Shown: positions 11,710-24,104 of the stretch, piece by piece
How positions within the stretch are numbered: the first letter of the stretch is position 1
Layout: each line of letters starts with the position of its first letter
Notes under the pieces: generated by a model
Database searches by the model: none
The model's input: only the letters and a program-made list of their open reading frames with translations
Told to the model about the DNA's origin: nothing
Source of the DNA: Okamejei kenojei
Taxonomy: Eukaryota
Direction: 5' to 3'
DNA length: 64,000 nucleotides
NCBI GenBank assembly: GCA_035221665.1
Contig: CM069135.1
Location: 33,604,001-33,668,000 of the forward strand
Translations under genes and position numbers: made by a program

Positions 11710-12050
11710 AACCAATAAGATAGGGATAATCAGCATGGCTTTGTGTGTTGAAAATTGTGACTCAAAAATGCGTTTTAATTTTTTGTAAATGACTTCCGCA
11801 CAGCTTTGACAGCTTTTCGTAGGCTGGTCCTGACGGTTAAATCACATAGGATCCAGTGTGAGCTGTTCAACTGGATAGAAAATTGACTTGGTGGAAGGAG
11901 TTAAAGCATGTGAGTGGAGGGTTGTTTTTCAACGTGTTGGCCCGCAGGGATCGTTGCTGGCTTCCCAGGTGTTTATTGGACCTATTAACGATTTGGATGA
12001 GAAATTGGGTGGCACAGTTTGTGAATTTGTGGATGGCATGACAATTGAAC
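11710..12050 (+). mobile_element. Old CR1 RT fragment
   Basis: Degenerate cagcatggcttt (QHGF), gggatcgttgctgg (GSVL) and aacgatttggatgag (NDLDE) motifs. Confidence 0.55.
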
Positions 12051-12124
12051 ATAAAGAAAGAAAATAACATACTCTCAATGCTGTGCGACCAGTGAGCTTG
12101 AGTGGTTCACCATTCATCAGAACA

Positions 12125-12250
12125 TGTGCAGGAAAGAACTGCAGATGCTGGTTCAAGATAGACACAAAATGCTGGAGTAACTCAGCGAGACAGGAAGCAT
12201 CTCTGGAGAGAAGGAATGGTTGACGTTTTGGGTCAAGACCCTTCTTCAGG
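12125..12250 (-). repeat. Solo Penelope terminal repeat
   Basis: Reverse complement reads ctgaagaagggtcttgacccaaaacgtc...gctgagttactccagcattttgtgtctatc. Confidence 0.8.
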
Positions 12251-13419
12251 ACATAAGTAAGTTAAAAAAAAATCAAGGGTGGAACATTTTGAAGATCAAG
12301 TAAATGTTTATCTATTGAGAGAAAAGTGCAGCCTTGCACAAAATATAGAACACAAAGATAAGACTGCAGCTGAAACATGGGCCCTTCTGCTCTTACAATG
12401 GATTAAATCATTGCAAATTGGAATGAAGGTTAGCAGAGTGAGAATAAAGTGTTTTACAATGTTGTGATGGTAAACCAAATAACTTTAGACAAGATGAAAT
12501 CTTGCACAATCATTAAAACCGGTAAATGCTTTAAAAATGAGAAAATATTTCAAACTGATTCTATTTCAATGATGCAAAGCTGAATTTGGAAAGCTACTGC
12601 AGTCTTTCATTGCGAGGTTGAAAAGGCAGCGCAACTAAGTGTTGCCATTAATGATTAATGCCATTTGCTATGAAGTGGTTCTTAATCAACTGTGAGGGGC
12701 CAATTTTTACCAACGAGCATCATTGCCACAGCACTTAGCTATTCAGAGCATGAAGCAAAACCACAAGGCACAATTCCTGCAAAAAATGCATTGTTTCACT
12801 TGAGCATTTTACAGCTTATGAAGTACCTGAGGTACTGCTGAATCTTCTCCAATAAATAGAATGCATAGAATTAGCTTCACCAGAAACTGCCTTAAATAAT
12901 GCTCTGTTTCCATTACAAAGAACAATCAAAAACTGAGCAGAATTTTGAAGGGTATCCCAGCAGTTAAACTGTGCTGGAGCCCATTTCAAAATGAAGATAA
13001 TTATCTTGACATCCGCAGCAACACGGCTGATGCAATAATCCTTCTCTGAAATATCCAAGAAAAGAGAAGGCAGGGCATGCAAATGTGATGCGTCAGACCT
13101 GGAAATTCAAATGTTAGACATAGATTCTACACGTTGCATTCTGCATCAATTCACTGAGTAAAAAAATAGCGACATTTGTTATTTTTAACCATTGCTTTGA
13201 AATTACAAAAGTTTACAATTTCCAATCTTCATCCAAAATTACAGAATTCTTTACAGCATGTTGTGTGTAATTCTTATTTCTGAAAATAAATTAGACATTT
13301 ATCTTTTTGTAATGTTCTATTTTTGCTATGTACTAAATTAACTTGATGTGGACATTTCATTTTGGAGTTTTCCTCTACTCATTTGAGCTAATCCTGTGGA
13401 CCAAGTTTCAAGCCAAAGA

Positions 13420-13755
13420 TGCAATGCACTCCAGCTGATGGAGGGAGCACCACACAATCAGACCTGCTATCGTTTGCATGAAATGTTGAGCTGATGGAGG
13501 AGATCACCTGGTGCTATTCAAAGATGATAGAAGTTTCAAGGAACACTGTGACCAATATTTACTCATTAACTATCTTTTGATCACTGCAAAAAAAGCTTTA
13601 TTTGTTACTATCTCATTGTTGTCTGTGGAGTTTTTGCTGTGGGTGAACTGCCAAGTTTCCAAATTACAACAAAAGTACTTAATCGAGTCCAAAGAACATA
13701 AGAAAACCCTATGCTCATGAGAGACAATATGCATATGTAAGGTCTTCTTTTTCAA
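13420..13755 (+). mobile_element. Ancient DeuSINE (SacSINE1/AmnSINE1-like), degenerate
   Basis: gtgctattcaaagatgatag...gaccaatattt...tctcattgttgtctgtggagtttttgctgtg...ttacaacaaaagtactt resembles the Deu domain and tail as I recall them. Confidence 0.55.
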
Positions 13756-13879
13756 AAATATGTCACACTATATTTACTTAAGATTGTTATGTAGTTATAT
13801 TATTTATGGATGTTAGTAAGTATTCAATCTTGTTGGGGAAAATGTACAAAATATTATATAACTATTATATTATGATGTA

Positions 13880-14825
13880 TTCTGTGTGTGTGTGTTTGTG
13901 TGTCTTTTCATATGTGATGCAATCTCCTCGAAAACCCGACACGGTAACGGTGAAATTTTACATGTTCCGGTAGAGATTTACTTCATGATTTCAAAAATCC
14001 CCTCATCTGAAAATTTAATTCATTATTTCCCAGGTTTTTTACTAAAATTGTTCACCAATCTGACATCTTTTAAAAATCTAACTGCTGAAGCGAGCTGGTT
14101 GACATCACAATGCCTTTGCCCCTCGCGGCAAGCTGCGCAGAGTTTTCAACGCGCAGCCACGAGCCGCGAGTTACACGGCCCAGCCGCCCTCCCCCCCGGC
14201 TCTGGATTGAAGTAATTGAACACATGATCAAGTCATGCTGCGCGCACCGCTGGGCTACTTCAAGTTCTACAACATGGCCGCGGCGGTCGTTATCGCAGCG
14301 CGGCTGCGGACAAGCGCAGTGGAAAAGTGGCCACGATCGGCGAGCACTCCGCTGCTTTTCACCGTCCTCAGATCGCTCTGGGCCTCGCTCTGGACCACGC
14401 CGGCCGCAGCCTGGCTCGGGCCCGGCGCCTGGCGGGGAGGCCTGCTCTACGACCTGGGTGGGTGCTGCCTTTACCCCCTGGGATCTATGGGTGAGTGGTG
14501 GAGTATTGCATTCGGGAACCGGCCCTCCCCTGTGACACCTCATCCCTCCCACCGTTCAATTTCTACCCCCCTCCCTCTCCCTCTCTACCCCCCTCCCCCT
14601 CCCTCTCTAGCCACGCCTGCACAGTTGGAGGTTATGCGTGAGTGGATAGGGCGGGGGATGGGGTAAAAGGAGCGAATTAATAATATTAATGAAATATCAA
14701 GGAGGGTTTAGTGTGTTTCGGGGGTGGTTAGTGTGTGTTTGACGCCGAAGGCCACTCCCCCCCCCCCCCCCCCCCCCCCCCCCCTGCAACTGCGAGTTGA
14801 GGGGGGGGGGGGAGCCATGCAAATC
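13880..14825. repeat. Unclassified CpG-rich insertion, possibly non-autonomous Helitron-like
   Basis: Abrupt shift from AT-rich flanks. GT microsatellite at the start, CpG-dense core at 14120-14460, and a long C run then G run at 14756-14812. Confidence 0.35.
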
Positions 14826-15019
14826 TAAAAAATATGGCTAAACCATTCACACCTATCATCAGCCACAGGAGCTGAGTGAATGATCCAACTCAAGCTCCTC
14901 CCAGGATCTCCACCATCACAGAAACCAACCAAATACAATTCAATATACTCAAGGTGATATAAAGAAACGGACGAGAGAACTAGAAAGAGCCAACACGACG
15001 GTACCAAACAATATTCAGG

Positions 15020-16030
15020 TTGAAGTAATGAAGAGGTTAGTATACAAACTTAAAGCACACGGTATTGGCGGTTCAGTATTGATGTGGATAGAGAACTGGC
15101 TGGCAGACAGGAAGCAAAGAGTAGGAGTGAACGGGTCCTTTTCAGGATGGCAGGCAAGGACTAGTGGGGTGCCGCAAGGTTCAGTGCTGGGACCCCAGCT
15201 ATTTACAATATATATTAATGATTTGGACGAGGGAATTGAATGCAACATTTCCAAGTTTGCGGATGACACGAAGCTGGGGGGCAGTGTTAGCTGTGAGGAG
15301 GATGCTAGGAGGCTGCAAGGTGATTTGGATAGGCTGGGTGAGTGGGCAAATGCATGGCAGATGCAGTATAATGTGGATAAATGTGAAGTTATCCACTTTG
15401 GTGGCAAAAACAGGAAAGTAGACTATTATTTGAATGGTGGCCGATTGGGAAAAGGGGAGATGCCACGAGACCTGGGTGTCATGGTACACCAGTCATTGAA
15501 AGTAGGCATGCAGGTGCAGCAGGCAGTGAAGAAAGCGAATGGTATGTTAGCATTCATAGCAAAGGGAGTTGAGTATAGGAGCAGGGATGTTCTACTGCAG
15601 TTGTACAGGGTCTTGGTGAGACCACACCTGGAGTATTGCATACAGTTTTGGTCTCCAAATCTGAGGAAAGACAATCATGCCATAGAGGGAGTACAGAGAA
15701 GGTTCACCAGACCGATTCCTGGGATGTCAGGTCTTTCATATAAAGAAAGACTGGATAGACTCGGCTTGTACTCGCTAGAATTTAGAAGATTGAGGGGGGC
15801 TTCTTATAGAAACTTACAAAATTCTCTGCCACAGAAGGTAGTTGAGGCCAGTTCATTGGCTATATTTAAGAGGGAGTTAGATGTGGCCCTTGTGGCTAAA
15901 GGGATCAGGGGGTATGGAGGGAAGGCAGGTACAGGATACTGAGTTGGATGATCAGCCATGATCATATTGAATGGCGGTGCAGGCTCGAAGGGCCGAATGG
16001 CCTACTCCTACATCTATTTTCTATGTTTCT
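15020..16030 (+). mobile_element. Young CR1 LINE (subfamily A), 5'-truncated, RT C-terminal half
   Basis: The 304-aa ORF has [29 protein letters not shown] and RPHLEYCIQFW. Tail ctatgtttcta. Carries an internal deletion at about 15820. Confidence 0.95.
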
Positions 16031-16194
16031 AAGACCTGTCTTCCAGAAGTACAGTAGTTGTGGCTCAAACCAAGCTGTTTCAGTGAAGTTGCTTCATTGA
16101 TATCTGAAAAATTGCCTTAGGGTAATTTGTTTGTTCATAAAAACCATGAAACATTCATTCCAAATAATCATCACCAAATCAATCTGCCCTCAAT

Positions 16195-16620
16195 TATCAG
16201 CTATAGGGAGAGGTTATGTAGGCTGGGTCTCTATTCTATAGAGTGCAGGAGGATGACAGGACATCTTATAGAGGTATACACAATCATGAGATCAGGTAGA
16301 TGCACAGAGTCTTTTGCCCAGAGTAGGGGAATCTAGGACCAGAGGACATACAGTGGGTTCAACGTGAAGGGAAAAATATTTAATAGGAATCTGAGGGGTA
16401 CATTTTTCACACAAAGGGTGTATGGAACAAGCTGCCAGAGGATGTGGTTGAGGCTGGGACAATCCCATCGTTTAAGAAAGGAGGTACATGGAAAGGACAG
16501 GTTTGGAGGGATATGGACCAAGCGAAGGCAAGTGGGACTTGAGTAGCTGGGACATTGTTGTCCGGTGTGGGCGAGTTGGGCTGAGGAGCCTGTTTCCACA
16601 CTGTATCACTCTATGACTCC
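16195..16620 (+). mobile_element. CR1 3' fragment
   Basis: YRERLCRLGLYSIECRRM and GTFFTQRV motifs; ends cctgtttccacactgtatcactctatgact. Confidence 0.85.
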
Positions 16621-16869
16621 ATAACCAAAAAAAGCAAATTGTTGGTAATTGAGAAAGCAGGAGGTCGTTCTTGTGTAGTTTTCATCACTTGGTAATGATC
16701 TAGAGGTAAATTAAAGTAAAATTAAAGGAAGTCACATGTTCAGGGCGATGGCCATCTCATATAAGAATAAAGTTATGGCTTGGATTGAAAGGAAAGGGGA
16801 AGCAGCACTGGGAGCAGAACATTTATTTTAGTGTCCATGGAAGTTTATGAATATATCACAAAGGGGATG

Positions 16870-17045
16870 TGGGGTAGTTGAGGCTGGGACTATCCAATTG
16901 TCCAAGAAATATGGATAGGACAGATTTGGAGGGATATGGACCAAGTGCAGGCAAGTGGGACTGGTGTAGCTGGGACAATGTTGGCCGGTGTGGGCAAATT
17001 GGGCCGAAGGATCTGTTTCCACACTGTATCACTCTATGACTATGA
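16870..17045 (+). mobile_element. CR1 3' UTR fragment
   Basis: Near-copy of 16445-16620, ending ctctatgactatga. Confidence 0.8.
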
Positions 17046-18089
17046 AATACACGTTATAAACTCCTATGGTATCTCTGATCGAAGTGTTTAGTTGATTTAC
17101 ACTAGTAGTCTCTAGTAATTTCATGGCAACAAATGCTAGGCTACCCATTATTTAATTTTCCAAGTACCCTATCGCCCTTCCTTAAACAATAGAGTGGAAA
17201 TCACATTTTTCATTTAAAGAATGGTTCATTTACCTGGAGAATTTAGAAAGATTATTGCTACTATTACATTTAAAGCAACAGACAGCATTATGTCCTTCAT
17301 TGCCATTATTTTACTGAAAGTAAATTTAGTTAGTAGTTTGCTTAGGATTTCCTGCATGTCTTCCTCTACAGTAAATATAAAGCAATTTTGCCATGTCCAC
17401 CTTTTCGTTATATTAATTCATAATATTACTGTTATAAATTTTCATTACTTCTCACAATTGGACATTCTCCAGCTAGTATTGCAGTCAGGCTCGAGATTTT
17501 ATAATTAATGTTTAAGGATTATCAGCTACTGTAGTATATCTCTGTGAAACACTAATTTCTGTATATGCAGATAAGCAATCTAGTACAACCAATTTTTTTT
17601 TTTTTGCATATCTGGTTGCATTAAATGCATCACTTAAAGTGCTTATTATCACAGGTACAGTATACCTTTCAATCTAAATGAGGAGTTTTAATCATTATAT
17701 TAAAATAAACTGGTAAATAGTGCAGGCTTAAAATCATAACTATGAAGACAAAACTGAATTTTCTACATTCACTTGAAATAAAACACAAACTTCTTGACGT
17801 GGGACTGGAAGCACAACAATTTTATATCTATAAATGACAATTAATTAACTGATAAATACATAGCATAGAAATGTATAATGATTAAAAAATTGAGTGATTC
17901 ATTCATAAATAATACATTTTTAACATTGTAAACTTGCTTATTTCATAAATCAGTTAATAGGTAGTTTTATAAATTGGTTACACATAGTGCCTGGAGAATA
18001 TTTTCCGACTGTCTCAACACCAGAACAAACCGCAGTTTTTTGATTATTTTCATTCCTTAATATTTTGAACAAAGTTGATTCACATTTAA

Positions 18090-18396
18090 TTTAGTTTAGT
18101 TTAGAAACAGACCCTTTGGCCCGCTGGGTCCATGCCGACCAGTGATCCCCGCATATTAACACTATCCTACACCCACTAGGGACAATTTTTACATTTACCA
18201 AGACAATTAACCTACAAACCTCTACGTCTTTGGAGTGTGGGAGGAAACCGGAGATCTCGGAGAAAACCCACATGGTCATAGGGAGAACGTTCAAACTCCG
18301 TACAGACAAGCACCCATAGTCGGGATCGAACTCTGGTCTCCAGCGCTGCATTTGCTGTAAGGCAGCAACTCTACCACTGTGCCACCGTGCTGCCCA
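18090..18396 (-). mobile_element. tRNA-derived V-SINE (HE1-like), near full length
   Basis: Minus strand has an A box (ggtggcacagtggta) and B box (gttcgatcc), a V-domain core (ggagtttgaacgttctccc...ccggtttcctcccacactccaaagac), a CR1-like tail and (taaac)n. Confidence 0.88.
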
Positions 18397-20659
18397 AGTG
18401 CTGAGAAGAATTTATGTGAGGTACTTAGTGTTACATTTAAAGCAGAATTTAGAACCAAAATCTCAACCAAAACTTTAGTGAGCTTCCTGCTAAAGTATTA
18501 TTCATCATATTGGAATCAACAAAAACTTTGTGAAATGTAATAGTTTGATTAATTTTTAATTTTTAAATCTTTTTTTTATCTCCCACTTTGCAAATTATGT
18601 TGTGAACAATTGGTGTCACCGAGTGTATTGAAAGGAATCCTTATTTCCCTCAAATACTAGATTTGTCACTTTAATGGACAGTTGTTTTCAGATTTTGGTT
18701 TTCCTTTGAATCACGCATTTGGTTATTTTGGCATGTACCTGTGAGGTGCTTCAGCACAGAGAATTTGTAGAATACACCTTGGTTTTCAATTCCTAAATTG
18801 GTTTTCAATTAGTAAATGTGGAAAGAGAGCCAGATTATTCCAAGTTAAGAGAAGGAAAGCGGCACTAACCTTATAGTGATTATTGAGCGCATGTGGAGGC
18901 GTTTGACAATCACTTTTTCTAATGGTCAACCTATCAAACTGCTTCATAAATTTAAAAAAAGTACAATTAATTTTCCCCTCAAATTTCTCTTTCTTGGTAA
19001 AAAAGAGGTTGTTCAGTCTTCCAGTGCTGGTTATGATCTCTTAGTTCTGCTACCATCCCCGTGCATCTTTTTAGTATCTTCCACAATGACTCTCTCAACC
19101 CCTTCTGAAACAGAGACCCGAGCCAGAAAGTGCACATAGAGTACTGTTTGATTAAGGTTGTATAACATAATGTCTGCTTATTTTTAGATGATTATCTTAC
19201 ACTATAAATTCATCCCATTTCTGAAGCCTATCTTTGAGGAGCAAATCGGAAGACATTTAAAAAAGCCTTTTTGACCCATTTACCCACGCCTTCCAAAACT
19301 CTATACTTTGGTCTTTCTCCATTACACTACTTGATTATCCAAAGTATGTGCAGCTTCTATACTTTTCCTTCTAAACTCACACTATAATTTATTTGCCAAT
19401 TGTATGTTTGCAAATTAAGTTCAATTGTAATCGGCCAGCATTCCCCAATGATTCTGAAATTACACTTTTGACTCTAAATTGAAATGATGAATGCAATTTG
19501 TGAAAACCATGGCCCCAACACAAACACTGCGTATTTTGGAGTGAGGGCGGGGTGGGGGGGGGGGGGGGGGGGTTATGCATTAATCAGGCAAATGTGCATG
19601 ATGGTCACTTAAGTTAGCAAAGGTGCCCTTGAAAGTATCTATTACAAGCTTTACCCCAATATTTATACACTAAAATTTATGATTTATGAAACAGTGTGCT
19701 GGTCAGGTAATCAAGTTACAGTTAATTCCATTTTCATTATTCTCGCTGACAATCCCTGACCAGGTCTATCCTGTGTTTAGGTTTTCGTATGTTCTCTGTC
19801 GTTGACTGTCTCCATTCGTCATATTCTATAATGATAGAAGATTTCTCCATTATTTGTTCCCGATTACCTTCTATGGTTAAATTTCATAAATTTCTATCAT
19901 CTAATCTTTTGAATGTATTATATACTTTTCCTGCCAATTATTGTATCTTCAACACCCATTTTGAATTTTCTACATACTACCAATTCCAATGAGTTATTTC
20001 CATTAGATTGCCTAATCCCAGCAACTCTGTTGCAGGCGTTTGGATCCAGAGAGGAGAGAGTGGAGCTCAGTGGAGAAAACCAGCATGTTTGCAAAGGAAG
20101 TTTTACACTACACAGATCTAACTGGATAAAATAATTTTATTTTCTGGATCAAATTATACTCAAAATAAATGTTAAGAACAAGAGTGGAAAATAACCAAAA
20201 TGTGGACAGGGAGCATGGAAAAGATTGACAGGTGTTTTCATATCTATCTCACAGGTTCTACATCAAAATTCAGTTGACATACATATTTAATTCATGGTTT
20301 GAATTGATTCCATGTGACTTTGGTTAAATGAAGGGAAAGATGGGAGACTCTTAAGTACTTTTGTAAAATTAGCAGTACAGACACATTAGGGAGTCATTTC
20401 AAATGGCATTTCTGACAACCAAAGGGAAAGATATTAGGATTCAAATGTTTTAATGGCAGATGACTTTATTTCAGTTAACACTGCTCATGAATTGAAGTTT
20501 ATTTTAGCAATTATTTGTGTCTCATCCTTTTCTTTCTAAGCTACAGTGTGTTCCTCATTTGTAAATGTTGTTGATGAGGGAGATCTCTTTTAATATAGAA
20601 GTTTTGTCTTATGTCACAGCAGGCCCTGAACGTTGCCAAGCAGTAATTTCTCACAATCG

Positions 20660-22208
20660 CAAGAAATGTTGCTTCTTTATTTAAAAAGGGAATTAGAGAA
20701 AATCTAGGGAAATGTAGGCCAGTGAGCCTTATGTCAGTGGTAGGAAAATTATTGGAGAGGATTCTTTGGGATGGGATTTACTCACATTTGGAAAAAAAAA
20801 GTGTTAATTAGGGACAGACAGCATGGCTTTGTACATAAGCAGGTCATGTCTTACTAACCTGATCGAGATTTTTGAAGAGGTGTTGAAGGTGATCGTGAGG
20901 ATAGGGTTGTGGGTGTTGTCTACATGGATTTTAGTAAGTCATTGATAAAGTAATTCATGGTATGCTGATCTAGAAGGTTAAAATGCACGGGGTTCAGAGT
21001 GACTTTGTCAAATGGATTCAAAACTGGCTTACTGATGAAAGACAGAGGGTTGTGGTGGAAAAATATTCAATAGACAATAGACAATAGACAATAGACAATA
21101 ACCAATAGGTGCAGGACTAGGCCGTTCGACCCCAAGCCGGCAGCGCCATTCACTGTGATAATGGCTGATCATCCACATGAATGTACCCCGGTCCTGCCTT
21201 CTCTCCATATCCCCTGACTCCGCTATCTTTAAGAGCTTTATCTGACTCACTCTTGAAAGCATCCAGAGAATTGGCCTCAACTCTCTGGGTGAAAAACCTT
21301 TTCCTCATCTCCATTCTAAATGGTCTACCCCTCATTCTTAAACTGTGGTCCCTGGTTCTGGACTCCACCAAAATCGGGAACATGTTTCCTGCCTCTAGCG
21401 TGTCCAATCCCTTAATAATCTTATATGTTTCACTAAGATCCCCTCTCATCTTTCTTAATTCCAGAGTATACAAGCCCAGCCGCTCCATTCTATCAACATA
21501 TGACAGTCCCACCATCCCGGGAATTAACCTCGTGAACCTACTCTGCACTCCCTCAATAGCAAGAATGTCCTTCCTCAAATTTGGAGACCAAAACTGCACA
21601 CAATACTCCAGGTGTGGTCACACCAGGGTCCTGTACAACTGCAGAAGGACCTCTGCTCTTATACTCAACTCCTCTTGTTATGAAGGCCAACGTGCCATTA
21701 GCTTTTTTCACTGCCTGCTGTACCTGCATGTTGACGTCCCACGAGGCCCCCAGATCTCTGTGTAATATTAAAGCAGGAGGTCTGTGACCCTTGGAAATCC
21801 ATGGGGATCTGTGCTGGGACCTCTGCTGTCTGTCAAAAATAAATAACTTTATGTAATTGTAGATGAGTAGGGTAGAAAGTTTGCTGATGACACTGAGATT
21901 GCTGGGGTCACAGACTGCAAGAAAGGCTGACAAAGTATGCAGAGTTTTACAGATCAAATGGGCAGAGAAATAGCAGATCTAGTTTGATCCAAGCAAGTGT
22001 GAGGTATTGCACTTTGAAAGGTAATATAAAGTGAAGAGAAATGTAAATGGAAAATGTACAATTAATGGCACGATCCTCAACAGCGTTGATGTACAGAAGG
22101 ATCTTGGAGTCCAAGTCCATAACTCCTGAAAGTGGCAACACAAGTAAATAGAATGGTAAAAAAGGCTTCTGGTACGCTTGCTTTCATAGAGCAGAGCATT
22201 GAGTATAA
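20660..22208 (+). mobile_element. Older CR1 RT region, interrupted by a younger CR1
   Basis: RPVSLMSVVGKLLE, QHGF and YMDFSK motifs before 21065; GSVLGP and KFADDT motifs after 21740. Confidence 0.8.
21068..21735 (-). mobile_element. CR1 3' fragment nested in antisense
   Basis: ORF 21150-21599 QFWSPNLRKDILAIEGVQ... and a (ctattgt)n tail at 21068-21105. Confidence 0.9.
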
Positions 22209-22335
22209 AGGGCCTGTCCCACTTAGGCGACTTTTCAGCGGACTGCCTGCGACCTTCAAGCTCACGGCACTCGCCTGAAAAACCGCGAACTGGAACAGCG
22301 ACCATCAGCGCGGAACACACACACAAACACATTTT
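22209..22335 (+). mobile_element. Harbinger-like MITE left end (truncated)
   Basis: taa|agggcctgtcccacttaggcgac. The internal sequence matches 25144-25240. Confidence 0.7.
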
Positions 22336-23709
22336 GAAGTCCAGCGGAAGGAGGAAGCAGTGAAAATTAATACTTGACCTGCCATTTGTGACTACTGATG
22401 CACATTATGAATGTGGTCTGAGATGAGCAAGGAAATACCTGGGACCAAAAACAAGGAAAATAATGTTAAGGGAGCTATTGTGACTGAACTAAGTCACTGA
22501 ATATACTGAAGCTGGTGGATATAACAGTTTTTAATATATATAATGTCACTTACCCTACCCTATTTCCATGGAGTAGGTCAAACGTTGCCCTCTCCCTTGT
22601 AGGGCCATCTATGTATTGCCTGAAAACATATTCCTGAACACACTTGACACATTCAATGGTCTTGCATTGATACTGGTGTATGTGAGAACATCTCATGGTT
22701 ATGTCAGTTTGTAAACCGTGCTGCTTGAGTAGTCTATTCTCTGCAGAACATTATGTTTGTTTTCAAAGCTAACCTTTCAGTTTCAAACTAATTACTGCTT
22801 GCAATTAGAACATGTTTTGTCTTTTGAAAACCAGTTCTCATTTGTATTAAAGCCACCTATCCACATAACTCTGTAACTTCCATCCCAATGTAATGGCTAT
22901 CTCTGTACACTTCGCAAAACTATACACTAGATGTCACGGTTGTGCTCAAGAACAAATGTCAAACAACAATAACTCCTGAATAATCCCTAATAGGCCAAAA
23001 TGCAGGGGGGGGGGGGGACCAAATCAGACTATGGGTTGAATAATACTTTGGTTTAAGAGCAAACGGGACATCTTTAGACATTTAGTCTTAATCATGCAGA
23101 ATAAATATCTCCTGACAGCAATAGCCTTCCATTAAATAGATTTAATCTAAAATGGATTATCGAACAAGTTAACTGCTGTGAAGGGAGAATTTATTGGGAG
23201 GAGTCTTCAAAATTGCAGCAATTACATGCAATCAAACACTTAAAAAACAAAGATAAGAGAGTAAAAAAATTCCTTCAGTGGTTTTGGAACAAGAAAGCAA
23301 TGAGAGAAGTAAAATCAATAATTCAAGTGCAATAATAAGTGATGGTGTAGCTGTATTGTTCAATTCTTATTTGCTCCAAAGATGCACAAGGCAGGAGTAA
23401 CAGCACCTCTCCAAAACAAAGTAATCAAAGTAATTTGTTTGCTTTACCATAAGTAAGATGTAAGTTTAAGATGCTTAGAACCGGCAAAACAATTAAATCA
23501 CCAAGAACTTGTGTTATTTATGGCAGAAGACTGAAATTGAAACAAGATGACACAAAATGCTGGAACAGAAATTACCACTATGAAGACATCATTAGGGAAA
23601 GACCAAACTGAAACAAACCACGCAATGTTCATATTGAAAAGGGATGTTTTAACAGACAACAGCTGTAGATTTATGACTCCTGCCCCGACACCATGTGAAG
23701 AAGTCAAAT

Positions 23710-23985
23710 TAAGACCGAGATGAGAAAGACTTTTTTCACACAGAGAGTGGTGAGTCTCTGGAACTCTCTGCCACAGAGGGTAGTTGAGGCCAGTTCATTG
23801 GCTATATTTAAGAGTGAGTTGGATGTGGCCCTTGTGGCTAAGGGGATCAGAGGGTATGGAGAGAAGGCAGGTACGGGATACTGAGTTGGATGATCAGCCA
23901 TGATCATATTGAATGGCGGTGCAGGCTCGAAGGGCTGAATGGCCTACTCCTGCACCTAATTTCTATGTTTCTATGTTTCTATGTT
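23710..23985 (+). mobile_element. CR1 subfamily A 3' end
   Basis: Near-identical to 15825-16030; (ttctatgt)n tail. Confidence 0.92.
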
Positions 23986-24104
23986 TGACCTTCATATACT
24001 TGAAGAAATATATAATGCCAACCTCGTTAATTATGCTTGTCATGGATTTAGAAGAGAAAGAACATTCCTAATGGACCTGTCCCACGTAGGCGACTGCCGG
24101 CGAC

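Noticed and set aside
14070-14666. Overlapping 140-160 aa ORFs on both strands
   Set aside because: Expected from high GC content; low-complexity translations with no recognisable domain or splice structure.
15028-15942. 304-aa reverse transcriptase ORF as a host gene or retron/DGR-type system
   Set aside because: It is a 5'-truncated CR1 ORF2 fragment with an internal deletion, a CR1 3' UTR and many sister copies.
18320-18396. tRNA gene
   Set aside because: The A/B boxes belong to a SINE head that continues into the V-domain and LINE tail; no complete cloverleaf.
18779-18817. Short direct duplications (also 63185-63250)
   Set aside because: Ordinary slippage duplications with no further structure.
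19549-19572. Long G/C homopolymers (also about 845-863 and 23005-23017) as functional G-quadruplexes
   Set aside because: Simple homopolymers of unreliable assembled length, with no supporting context.
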